From a virus (Duplodnaviria > Caudoviricetes): 27,066 bases of DNA. The position numbers and the translations under genes are program-made. Shown here piece by piece: positions 15,433 to 23,926 of the stretch (positions are counted from its first letter, which is position 1; every line of letters starts with the position of its first letter). Below the pieces are notes generated by a model. The model saw only the letters and a program-made list of their open reading frames with translations. It made no database searches and was not told where the DNA came from. The DNA lies in the IMG/VR virus record IMGVR_UViG_3300028835_000381, positions 1 to 27,066 of that record; one strand, given 5' to 3'.

Positions 15433-17366
15433 TGTCTTACACCGATGTCTTTGGCGGAGAACTGATTTTCCCGTCCCAGCTTAGTTACTTAGCAATTACT
15501 ACTGCAGTTGATGTCACGTTGCAGTGGCCGACTGAGCAACAGATCACAGGTGACAATGTCGTTGCCGATGTCATGGACGTGACGACTTCGGTCGCATCAC
15601 TCAACATCGACATGCCGGATGCCCGGAACACATCGGAAGGTAACAAGACTACGTTCAACAACGTTGGTGGCGAGACATTTAATGTGCGTGACAACACCGG
15701 AGGCACCATCCAGACAGTGCAGCCCGGTGAACAGTGGGTCTTGGTACTCACAGACAACACGACGGACGCAGGTACTTGGACCACCTTCCTGTTAGGTGGC
15801 AATGCAGCTACCCCGGCATCTGCTTCTGTACTGGCAGGTGCAGGTCTCAGAGCTGACGGCGCACAACTTTCTCAGAAGATCGATTCTGATGAAGAGAGTG
15901 CAACGCCGCTTACTGTCGTCGATGGTGATCGAGCGAAGTGTTTGATCTATGTCGGTGGTGCCGGACAAGCTGATCTGCCCGCTGCTGCTGGAGTTGGTAA
16001 CGACTGGTTTTTCATGCTGAGAAATTCCGGATCGGGTACGCTGACTGTCGTGCCACCGTCAGGTGAGATTGACGGTAGTTCGAACCTTGCCTTAGATACA
16101 AATAGCAGTTGCTTCATCTTCACCGATGGTGCCGACTGGTTCACCATTGGACTTACTGCTTCTTCAACCATTGCGTTCGATTTCGTTTCACTTCCCATTC
16201 CGGGGTCAGGAGACTTTGTACTTTCTGGCGCGAACCTCGACCGGATTTCGTATCGCTTCACAGGCGCGCTTACCGGTGACCGAAAGGTAGTTGTGCCCGA
16301 CACTACGCAGCAGTACTGGTGTGACAATCAGACGTCAGGTGCTTTCACTCTGACAATTGGAACAAATGCACAGGCGTCTCCTCCGACCCTAGATCCGGGT
16401 CAGACTGCGATCATGTACTCCAACAGTATCGAAGTGGTCGATGCAGTGAATGCTGTCAGCGTCATGTTCCCGATTCAAATCTCACAAGGTGGTACGGGAG
16501 CGACGAATGCAGCTGATGCACGTACGAATTTGGATGTTCCTTCAACGTCAGAGGCTGTCCCAACTACACGATTAATTAATTCCGGAGACGCACTGAATGG
16601 AGGTGGGGATCTCAGCTCTGACTTAACCCTTGACGTTCAGGTTGGACTCGGTCTCGACATTCCTTTGGGAATTGAGATCGCGTTGGACCTGACTGATACC
16701 CGCAATACCAATCACGCTAACGTCGATCTCTTAGCTGGTACAGGAATCAGTGCTGCAGGGTTGGGAAACATCACCGCTGACAGGACAATCAACGCCAATT
16801 TAGCGACGGAAACTGTGGAAGGAGTCCGACAGATCGCAACGCAAGGGGAGGCAGATGCAGGTCTCTTAGATAATGTTTTCATGACACCGTTGAAGGTGGC
16901 GAACCTTCCGGCAGCTGGATCTGTGTACACCGTAACAAGTGGAAATTTCGTTCCTGTATGGACTGGGTTCGCAGGAGGGGCTTCCCCGACGCTCACTGTA
17001 TTCTGGACGAGACTTACCTCTACTGTACCGGGTGCGAGTGACATTGCAATCATGCGGTTTGGTCCTCCGGGGCTGCCGACTGGAACATCCAACGCTACTA
17101 CGATGACCATTACGAATATTCCGGGAGCAATTACTCCGGGTGCTATCGGAGGGTCAGAGACTACGATGTGTTCGCAACTCATAGACAACGGAAGCCTGCT
17201 CTTGATTGGAAATGCCAGTGTAGGGTTCACCGGAGTAATGGCTTTCAGAATGGGCAGAGATAGTGGTATCGCTGGTACACCTTTCGGCATATCTCCCAAT
17301 TTATTCACAGCATTCGGAATTAAAGGAATTTCTCAACAGACGTTGTTGATATATCTGCTCGATTAA
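15432..17366 (+). CDS. Tail fibre/spike protein 3 (644 aa)
   Basis: ISQGGTGATNAADARTNL fibre motif; ATETVEGVRQIATQGEADAG....MTP (T4 gp12/gp34-type repeat); lies between adaptor and nozzle. Confidence 0.7.
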   Translation: MSYTDVFGGELIFPSQLSYLAITTAVDVTLQWPTEQQITGDNVVADVMDVTTSVASLNIDMPDARNTSEGNKTTFNNVGGETFNVRDNTGGTIQTVQPGEQWVLVLTDNTTDAGTWTTFLLGGNAATPASASVLAGAGLRADGAQLSQKIDSDEESATPLTVVDGDRAKCLIYVGGAGQADLPAAAGVGNDWFFMLRNSGSGTLTVVPPSGEIDGSSNLALDTNSSCFIFTDGADWFTIGLTASSTIAFDFVSLPIPGSGDFVLSGANLDRISYRFTGALTGDRKVVVPDTTQQYWCDNQTSGAFTLTIGTNAQASPPTLDPGQTAIMYSNSIEVVDAVNAVSVMFPIQISQGGTGATNAADARTNLDVPSTSEAVPTTRLINSGDALNGGGDLSSDLTLDVQVGLGLDIPLGIEIALDLTDTRNTNHANVDLLAGTGISAAGLGNITADRTINANLATETVEGVRQIATQGEADAGLLDNVFMTPLKVANLPAAGSVYTVTSGNFVPVWTGFAGGASPTLTVFWTRLTSTVPGASDIAIMRFGPPGLPTGTSNATTMTITNIPGAITPGAIGGSETTMCSQLIDNGSLLLIGNASVGFTGVMAFRMGRDSGIAGTPFGISPNLFTAFGIKGISQQTLLIYLLD

Positions 17367-17369
17367 ATT

Positions 17370-18935
17370 ATGGCTAAGCAACCTGCACTCATCATCTCGC
17401 AGCCCGGTATCAAACGGGACAGTTCCCGTTTCGATAGCGAGAACTATATCGATGGTCGATGGTGCAGGTTCCAACGTGGCAAACCGAAAAAGATGGGCGG
17501 CTACCAACAGGTGACTGACACTGTGCCGGAAATTACACGCGGCATGGCTACCTTCTCCGAAGATAACCAGCAGTTCTTGCACTTGGGACATCCCAACACG
17601 ATAGGTCAGTACATTGTTTCTAACGGTACATTAGCAGCCTTCAACGACCGCACGCCCGCAGGTTTCCCCGTGGGGCTCGACATGCTGTGGCAGTTCGATG
17701 TCTATGCTGACACGTTAGGCACTGCCAATCATGTTTTGGTTGCACATGCAGCACCGAACGCACTCGACATCGATAACTCTGTTGGTGGCGACATCTACAT
17801 TGACACGCTTACTGCAGGCACAGTGCTTACTACGACGGGACTGAATACCGATGCAACAACGGGTTGGAATACCGGCACGTTCGGACCCGTAAGTGGTGGC
17901 ATCGTCGTCAGTGGTCAGTACCTGTTTGCGTACAGCAGTGACGGATTGATCAAACAGTCACAGATTAACAACTTGGGTGAGGTACCTGCCGAATTTAATT
18001 TAGGCACACAAAAAATTGTTAAGGGACTTCCTCTTCGAGGTGCAGGTAGTGGTCCTGCTGTTTTGCTCTGGGGTCTCGATTCACTCATTCGTGGGACGTT
18101 CCAACCTAATGGTCCGCCGGACTTTGCATGGGACATCGTTGCACGAGGTCTTACGGTCCTGAGTTCACAGGGTATCGTCGAGCTGGACGGCATTTACTAT
18201 TGGCCGGGTGTTGATCGTTGGCTGCTGTTCAACGGTGTCGTGCGAGAGATGCCCAACGATATGAACCAGAACTGGTTCTTTGACAACATCAACTTCACGC
18301 ATCGGAATAAAGTTTTCGGTTTCAAAGTGCCTCGCTACGGTGAGATTTGGTGGTGCTATCCACGTGGGTCTGCAACTGAATGCACTCACGCAGTGATCTT
18401 CAATGTACGTGAAGGGTACTGGTACGACACACCGTTACCTGACTCCGACGATGTTAATCAGGGACGCACCGCGGGTGTCTTTGCTGACGTGTACCAACGT
18501 CCGTTCATGGTGGACAACGAGGTGACTGCGAACGGTCGTACGCTCTGGCAACACGAGACGGCATTCGACAAGATCCGCACATCATCAATCAGCGCTGTCC
18601 AATCGTTTTTCGAGACACACGAGATGTCACTGCTGGACACTGGTCAGAGTACCAAGTCAATTAGTTGCTCCTACATAGAACCTGACTTCGTGCAGGTAGG
18701 TGACATGACCGTGACGTTGAAGGGACGTGCGAACGCGAAGGCTGCGGTGACGGAAGTAACTCCACCGGCAACTATCTTCGAGACACCAGCTACGTCCGAT
18801 GAAGAGACCGTGAAGTTCAAAGATATAAGACGGTTGATGAGCTTCAAGTTTGAGTCAAACGTGGGCGGAGGGAACTACGAACTGGGCAAGACCTTCGCAC
18901 ACATCGAACCTGCAGACGGAAGGGTTGAGTCATGA
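17370..18935 (+). CDS. Putative tail nozzle/hub protein (P22 gp10-like beta-propeller)
   Basis: PGIKRD...Y.DG.W.RF..G.PKKMGG N-terminus; GIYYW.G.D....FNG.V; YGEIWWCYP...ATECTHAVIFN..E..W; 521 aa, beta-rich, precedes ejection genes. Confidence 0.7.
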   Translation: MAKQPALIISQPGIKRDSSRFDSENYIDGRWCRFQRGKPKKMGGYQQVTDTVPEITRGMATFSEDNQQFLHLGHPNTIGQYIVSNGTLAAFNDRTPAGFPVGLDMLWQFDVYADTLGTANHVLVAHAAPNALDIDNSVGGDIYIDTLTAGTVLTTTGLNTDATTGWNTGTFGPVSGGIVVSGQYLFAYSSDGLIKQSQINNLGEVPAEFNLGTQKIVKGLPLRGAGSGPAVLLWGLDSLIRGTFQPNGPPDFAWDIVARGLTVLSSQGIVELDGIYYWPGVDRWLLFNGVVREMPNDMNQNWFFDNINFTHRNKVFGFKVPRYGEIWWCYPRGSATECTHAVIFNVREGYWYDTPLPDSDDVNQGRTAGVFADVYQRPFMVDNEVTANGRTLWQHETAFDKIRTSSISAVQSFFETHEMSLLDTGQSTKSISCSYIEPDFVQVGDMTVTLKGRANAKAAVTEVTPPATIFETPATSDEETVKFKDIRRLMSFKFESNVGGGNYELGKTFAHIEPADGRVES

Positions 18936-19198
18936 CCATCATCAATCCCACAGGTTTTAAAGACGTAATCGAGTGGGCAGATTTCATGGCTGGCGCACTG
19001 GGATTCTTCACCGATCCTGTGGCTGGTTCAGATGATCAGTTCGAGCGACTGGATGATCCTGACAAGTGGCAGGACTGGGCAGCAGGAGTGTTCGGCGGAG
19101 TAGATCCACTGGGACAGGACGTACCCGATCCATTTGCATATGATGACTGGCGCGAGTGGGCAGAGAGAATGTTTGCAACGACAAATTTTACAGGATAG
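18932..19198 (+). CDS. Small acidic Trp-rich protein after nozzle
   Basis: ATGA overlap; repeated W.DWA / W.EWA helices; 88 aa. Confidence 0.65.
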   Translation: MTIINPTGFKDVIEWADFMAGALGFFTDPVAGSDDQFERLDDPDKWQDWAAGVFGGVDPLGQDVPDPFAYDDWREWAERMFATTNFTG

Positions 19199-19202
19199 AG
19201 CT

Positions 19203-21275
19203 ATGCCATTACATAAAGGTCCAATGGAAAAGGGGAAAGAACTGGTTGGTCAAGGACGGATGCTTGCACGTGCTTCACGTGGGGAAGGCATGGCAGCGCT
19301 TGACCCGAATCGATCCCGACTGGCAGCTGGGAGAGAGTCGGCTCGACGTCTGATGGGGGGTACGCAGATGCAGAACAAGGCTCAGCAGCAGCAACAGATG
19401 GCACAACAGATCCAACCGCAGGGTGGTCTGGCTCAGATGATGAAGGCGAAGGGCGCAGACAAATCCATGGTCAAGGCTGTGCAGCAGATTGAAGATACGC
19501 CGGGGGGCAAGGAGTTGCTCTATACCAAGGCAGCTGAAGAGCTGATGCAGTTCCAAGGTATGCCGAAGAAAGATACCAAGAAGGTTCGTCTCTACAAATA
19601 CGGTGGTTCGGTCGAACGAGCCTACGCTGAAGGTGGCAAGGTCAAGGCTGCAGCAGAGCGGACACGCAGTGCGGGACGTGGTGAAGACGAGATGCTGGTT
19701 CACATGACTGAGGAAGAGTTTGGTGTTCTCAAAAACATGTGGGGTGATCCTGATATCAACCCGAACACCGGCATGCCCGAGTATGGCTTCCTGAGCAAGA
19801 TCTGGAAGAAGGTCAAGAAAGTTGTGAAGAAAGTCGTGTCGTCGAAGATCTTTCAGGTCATTGCGCCTATCGCACTTTCGATCTTTGCGCCGGGTCTCGG
19901 TACTGCTATCGGTGGCATGCTCACCGGAGGTGGTACAGGTTTAGTTGCCAGTACCGTAGGCAACGCAGTGCTTCAGGGCGGACTGAGCGCAGCTGGTGGT
20001 GGTGACTTCGTGAAGGGAGCACTCTCCGGTGCGATCACAGGTGGTCTCGGTAAGGTTGCAGGCGGCAAGCTCGCCAACGTTCTTCCCGGAGTCTCTGAGG
20101 GCACGAGGGCAATCATCGGATCGAGCTTAGCTGGAGGTGCAGCTTCTGCAGTAACAGGTGGTGACTTTGTTCAGGGTGCACTTGCCGGAGCTACCGGAGA
20201 GATGATGCGTCCGATGATGGAGAAAGTCACTGCGGGAGGACAGAAGGCATTCGGTCTCCAAGATCCGGAAGCAGGTGGAATCCTAGCCGTACGAACCCCT
20301 GAGGATGCGGCAATTGCGGAGGCAGGTGGTCTTGGGGAAGTCGCACTTGCTTCTCAGCCCGCTCTAGGTGTGGAAGGCATGCCTGCTGGTCAACCTGTAG
20401 GTGGTGGGGATAAACAACAACAACAGATCACAACCCCGGAGGCTACTGCTGCTGCTGTACAAGACCCCAGCCTCATAGAGAAATATGCTATGCCTGCATT
20501 ACTGGCTGCAAGCGCACTCGGTGGTGGCGAGCAGGAACAGCCCGAGCAGCCACCGCTGCCGGAAGGCTGGAACGATCCGTTGCCGCTTTACGAGATGGAT
20601 CGACAGTTCGCAGGCATGGACCCCAGTGCGTACTACACATACGGACAGGCAGGTTCGCCCCAGTCTGGACAGCACCTGTTCATGGAACCTCAGCCGTTCG
20701 CCGGAGTGCCCCAAGATCCGACGACTCCAACTCCGGGAGCTGGGGGTGACATGCAGTCTATGATTGCGGCAGGTCAGCCGGTCCCGGCTAGCGCGGTAGG
20801 GATACAGGGAACACAAGCCTTGACGCAGGCTGGCTACACGCAAGACCCCGGCACAGGCAACTGGAACCCACCGCAGTTGGGACAGGGCTTGCCGCAGGCT
20901 CGTGGAGGTTACCAACGTGGAGGCGAATACGACTACTGGTCGCAGAATGCCGACGTTCCACGGGCAGCGCCCACAGTGGCTTCTAACGGACGTTATGTTA
21001 AGGGGCAGGGCACTGGTAGGTCGGACGACATCCCCGCTCGACTGAGCGACGGTGAGTACGTCATGGACGCAGAAACGGTGGCACTCTTGGGTGACGGATC
21101 GGGGAGTGCGGGCGCTCGCCGTCTTGACGAGATGCGTCGGAACCTTCGCCAGCACAAAGCCAAGAACCTCCGGAAGGGTGGCTTCAGTCACAAGGCGAAG
21201 CAACCGCACCAGTACATGGCGCAAGGCGGCATGGTAAGACTCCGTCGAGCGATGATCGAATCAGGGAGAATTTAA
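19203..21275 (+). CDS. Putative ejection/pilot (internal virion) protein, 690 aa
   Basis: Start reassigned to ATG 19203 (CAGGA upstream); GRGEDEMLVHMT...INPNTGMPEY domain, cationic amphipathic helix, Gly-zipper hydrophobic region, C-terminal GQGTGRSDDIPARLSDGEYV domain. Confidence 0.65.
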   Translation: MPLHKGPMEKGKELVGQGRMLARASRGEGMAALDPNRSRLAAGRESARRLMGGTQMQNKAQQQQQMAQQIQPQGGLAQMMKAKGADKSMVKAVQQIEDTPGGKELLYTKAAEELMQFQGMPKKDTKKVRLYKYGGSVERAYAEGGKVKAAAERTRSAGRGEDEMLVHMTEEEFGVLKNMWGDPDINPNTGMPEYGFLSKIWKKVKKVVKKVVSSKIFQVIAPIALSIFAPGLGTAIGGMLTGGGTGLVASTVGNAVLQGGLSAAGGGDFVKGALSGAITGGLGKVAGGKLANVLPGVSEGTRAIIGSSLAGGAASAVTGGDFVQGALAGATGEMMRPMMEKVTAGGQKAFGLQDPEAGGILAVRTPEDAAIAEAGGLGEVALASQPALGVEGMPAGQPVGGGDKQQQQITTPEATAAAVQDPSLIEKYAMPALLAASALGGGEQEQPEQPPLPEGWNDPLPLYEMDRQFAGMDPSAYYTYGQAGSPQSGQHLFMEPQPFAGVPQDPTTPTPGAGGDMQSMIAAGQPVPASAVGIQGTQALTQAGYTQDPGTGNWNPPQLGQGLPQARGGYQRGGEYDYWSQNADVPRAAPTVASNGRYVKGQGTGRSDDIPARLSDGEYVMDAETVALLGDGSGSAGARRLDEMRRNLRQHKAKNLRKGGFSHKAKQPHQYMAQGGMVRLRRAMIESGRI

Positions 21276-22499
21276 ATGGGCGCGAACTTAGACTTCCTAT
21301 TTGAGGGGAGGCCTCCGCAATCGACTACAACCTACGGGACGACTGTAGAAGGCACCCCGAAGTGGATGTCGGACTACACGCAGGGACTGATTGCACGTGC
21401 GAACGCAGCGGCAGCTGAGCCTTATATCCCGTACGGTGGACCGAGGATTGCTGGGTTTGATCCTGCACAAGAAGCTGCGTTTGGACTGACTGAGCAGAAT
21501 GTCGGAGCGTACCAACCCTACATGGAACGTGGAGCCCAAGGTCTTGCTGGAGGCTTGGAAGCCGCGGGTGGTATGCGGGGCAGAGCACAGCCTTACATTG
21601 ATCAGGCAACTGGAAAGTGGACTGATCCCGGCGTCGTCGAATCGTACATGAACCCGTTCATTGGGAACGTGCTTGGGCGACAAGAAGATCTTGCCACGCG
21701 TACGTTACAAGAAAGTTTCCTGCCGTCCTTACAAAAGGCTTTCGCGGGAGCCGGACAACTCGGCTCTCGTGGTGGCGAGGGTTCGATGGAAACCATGGGC
21801 ATCCGAGGCATGAGGGATATTCAAGAAGGGCTCGAAGCACAGCGTCTTGAAGCACTCTCTGGAGCCTACGGTCAGGCGGCTGACATTCGCGGACAGGATA
21901 TTACGGCTGCACGAGAACTGGCACGTGTATCAGGTGCCCTCGATGAGGCACAGGCTGGCGCACTGTACCAAGGTGCTGACGTAGCGGGCCGCATGGGTGA
22001 AGCAGCTCAGCGGATGGGTCTCACTGATGCTGCTGCGATGGAAGCCGTTGGTGCGCAGAGACGTGGACTTGAACAGGGAAGTATGGACCTCGCGTATCAG
22101 GATTTCTTGGAGCAACGTGATCTGCCATGGCAGCGTCTGGGACAGATGTCAGAAATCATCCGAGGCTTGCCGCCATCGTTTGTACCGAGAGCAACGCAGC
22201 GTACTGATGTTGGACCTGCATCGGTCTACCAGCCGTCACCGCTGTCACAAATCATCGGTGGCTACGGTGTGTACCGTGGTATGAATCCACAAGCGGAAGG
22301 TGGTTACATCGAACCGGGAGGACTGGAAGATTACGCACTAGGAGGAATGGTGCGTGACGCCGGAGCGAGGTTATTCGGCTTGGGAAAACAGGGAGCGGGC
22401 GCGTTGAGTAGGTGGGCGCGCTCGCTATACCCAGACCAAAGCAGGAGCATTGGCGTAGCAGGCGGAAAACTCCTGAAGCAGGATCATAAGCAGGATTAA
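21276..22499 (+). CDS. Putative DNA transfer/ejection protein (407 aa)
   Basis: GGGAG RBS; PY.PYGGPRIAGF.P.Q..AF, YMNPFI.NV, AGQLGSR, G.QRR..EQ...D.AYQDF.EQR..P...L motifs; Gln/Ala/Gly-rich helical. Confidence 0.65.
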   Translation: MGANLDFLFEGRPPQSTTTYGTTVEGTPKWMSDYTQGLIARANAAAAEPYIPYGGPRIAGFDPAQEAAFGLTEQNVGAYQPYMERGAQGLAGGLEAAGGMRGRAQPYIDQATGKWTDPGVVESYMNPFIGNVLGRQEDLATRTLQESFLPSLQKAFAGAGQLGSRGGEGSMETMGIRGMRDIQEGLEAQRLEALSGAYGQAADIRGQDITAARELARVSGALDEAQAGALYQGADVAGRMGEAAQRMGLTDAAAMEAVGAQRRGLEQGSMDLAYQDFLEQRDLPWQRLGQMSEIIRGLPPSFVPRATQRTDVGPASVYQPSPLSQIIGGYGVYRGMNPQAEGGYIEPGGLEDYALGGMVRDAGARLFGLGKQGAGALSRWARSLYPDQSRSIGVAGGKLLKQDHKQD

Positions 22500-22503
22500 T
22501 GTC

Positions 22504-23922
22504 ATGAGAGCAGAAGTAGAACGTGGATATGAATTTGGTGGTGGTGTCCTCGATGATGAGGAGACCATTACTACGGTTGACCAATTAATTCCGGACCCGA
22601 TGCCGAAGACAAAGCCTACCACTACACGTGAGCTGATTGACATACACCGTGAGCAGCAAATGCAAAAGCTCAAAGGTGGTCAGGAACGAATCGCAGCGAG
22701 ACGTGCGGAGATGCAAAAGAAAGATGAACAAGCCAGATGGTTTGCACTCGCACAGGGTATGTTGGCACCGACAAAGACCGGTGGCTTCGGTGAATCTCTG
22801 GGTACAACTGCTGGATTGCTACGGCAAGAACAAGAACTGTCTCGTCAGGGAATGAGCGACCTCTTAGACGAAGAAATGTTACTTGCAGGACAGGAAGCTG
22901 ACGTTGGGACAGATTACATTTCTCAGCTGCAGGCGCAAGAGCGCATCGAAAAAACAGGCAGAGCAGGACGTTATGGGTCCGGACGTACACCGGTAGGTGT
23001 AGCTGGTCTGTTCGCTCATCCTGAAGACCCTAATCGGGATGCACGTGCTCAGCCGATATGGGACGCTGACAAAGAGGAACCGCAATTTAATGAGGACGGG
23101 ACTCCGATGCTCGATGAGAACGGTGAGCAGGTAGTCAAACTGGGTGCCATGGATCTGGAGTATTTGGATTCAAATCCAACGGATGGGAGTATTCCGTTTG
23201 CAACATCTCCTTACGATGTATGGAGGCAGACGAACTTAGCAAATGCTACAAACTTTTCAGAGGACTTCATAGCACGAGCCAGTAATGACATCGAAGGTGC
23301 GCGGGACGCATGGATACAGATCCCGAAACTTCAAAGGACAATGGCATTACTGGACGAGGTAGGGGAAGGAGGACCCGGCACAAGTGGATGGGTAGCATTA
23401 GTGCAGGGACTGCAGGAATGGTTTGGTGTTGATACTAGAGATGTCACTAACGTAGGCGTGCTACGTCACAAGTTAGGTCAGAACGTCCTTGATGGTCTCA
23501 AACATTTTCCGGGGCAAATTTCAGAGGGTGAACGGCAGTACGTGGAGAGACTGGAAACTTCTATTGCGAAATCAACCAGCATAAACATAGAACTTATTCG
23601 AGAAGCTCTGCAACTACAGCAGGAACGCTGGCAGAGGGGAAAAACTTCCGCTGTAGAATTGAATAAAAACGAAGTACTTCGGGGCATGATGGGGGTGGAC
23701 TTTCGAGCCATGGGACTTGATCCGAATGATCTAACTAAAGATCCTATTGGTTCATTTGCGTCAGTTGAAAAAGATGAACCGGGCTCAACGCGTCACAATC
23801 CATTAGATGTCGGTCCGAATAGTTCCAGACCAGCGACGGGAACATGGATACGATACACAGACCCTGCAACCGGCGAGTTAATAACGAGAAAGATAGGGGC
23901 ACCTGAACCGGTGCCGGAGTAA
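22504..23922 (+). CDS. Putative ejection protein (472 aa)
   Basis: Coiled-coil N-terminus with FALAQGMLAPTKTGGFGESLG; FPGQISEGERQY resembles the G..S..E motif of P22 gp20-type proteins; position in the ejection cluster. Confidence 0.55.
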   Translation: MRAEVERGYEFGGGVLDDEETITTVDQLIPDPMPKTKPTTTRELIDIHREQQMQKLKGGQERIAARRAEMQKKDEQARWFALAQGMLAPTKTGGFGESLGTTAGLLRQEQELSRQGMSDLLDEEMLLAGQEADVGTDYISQLQAQERIEKTGRAGRYGSGRTPVGVAGLFAHPEDPNRDARAQPIWDADKEEPQFNEDGTPMLDENGEQVVKLGAMDLEYLDSNPTDGSIPFATSPYDVWRQTNLANATNFSEDFIARASNDIEGARDAWIQIPKLQRTMALLDEVGEGGPGTSGWVALVQGLQEWFGVDTRDVTNVGVLRHKLGQNVLDGLKHFPGQISEGERQYVERLETSIAKSTSINIELIREALQLQQERWQRGKTSAVELNKNEVLRGMMGVDFRAMGLDPNDLTKDPIGSFASVEKDEPGSTRHNPLDVGPNSSRPATGTWIRYTDPATGELITRKIGAPEPVPE

Positions 23923-23926
23923 GCAC

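Noticed and set aside
20988-21160. GTGRSDDIPARLSDGEYV motif as evidence for a tape-measure protein and long tail
   Set aside because: The motif also occurs outside tape measures; the protein is only about 690 aa, lacks tape-measure repeats, and no tube, sheath or baseplate genes are present
14782-21278. In-frame neighbours separated only by a stop (14784/14788, 17366/17370, 21275/21276) suggesting read-through or an alternative genetic code
   Set aside because: All three stop codons end ordinary genes here, the downstream genes have their own ATG and typical N-termini, and 14788 and 21276 have clear SD sequences
22408-22458. +1 frame near the end of ORF21276 reading VGGRARYTQTKAGALA*
   Set aside because: Short, no shift signal, and frame 0 already runs to within 4 nt of the next start
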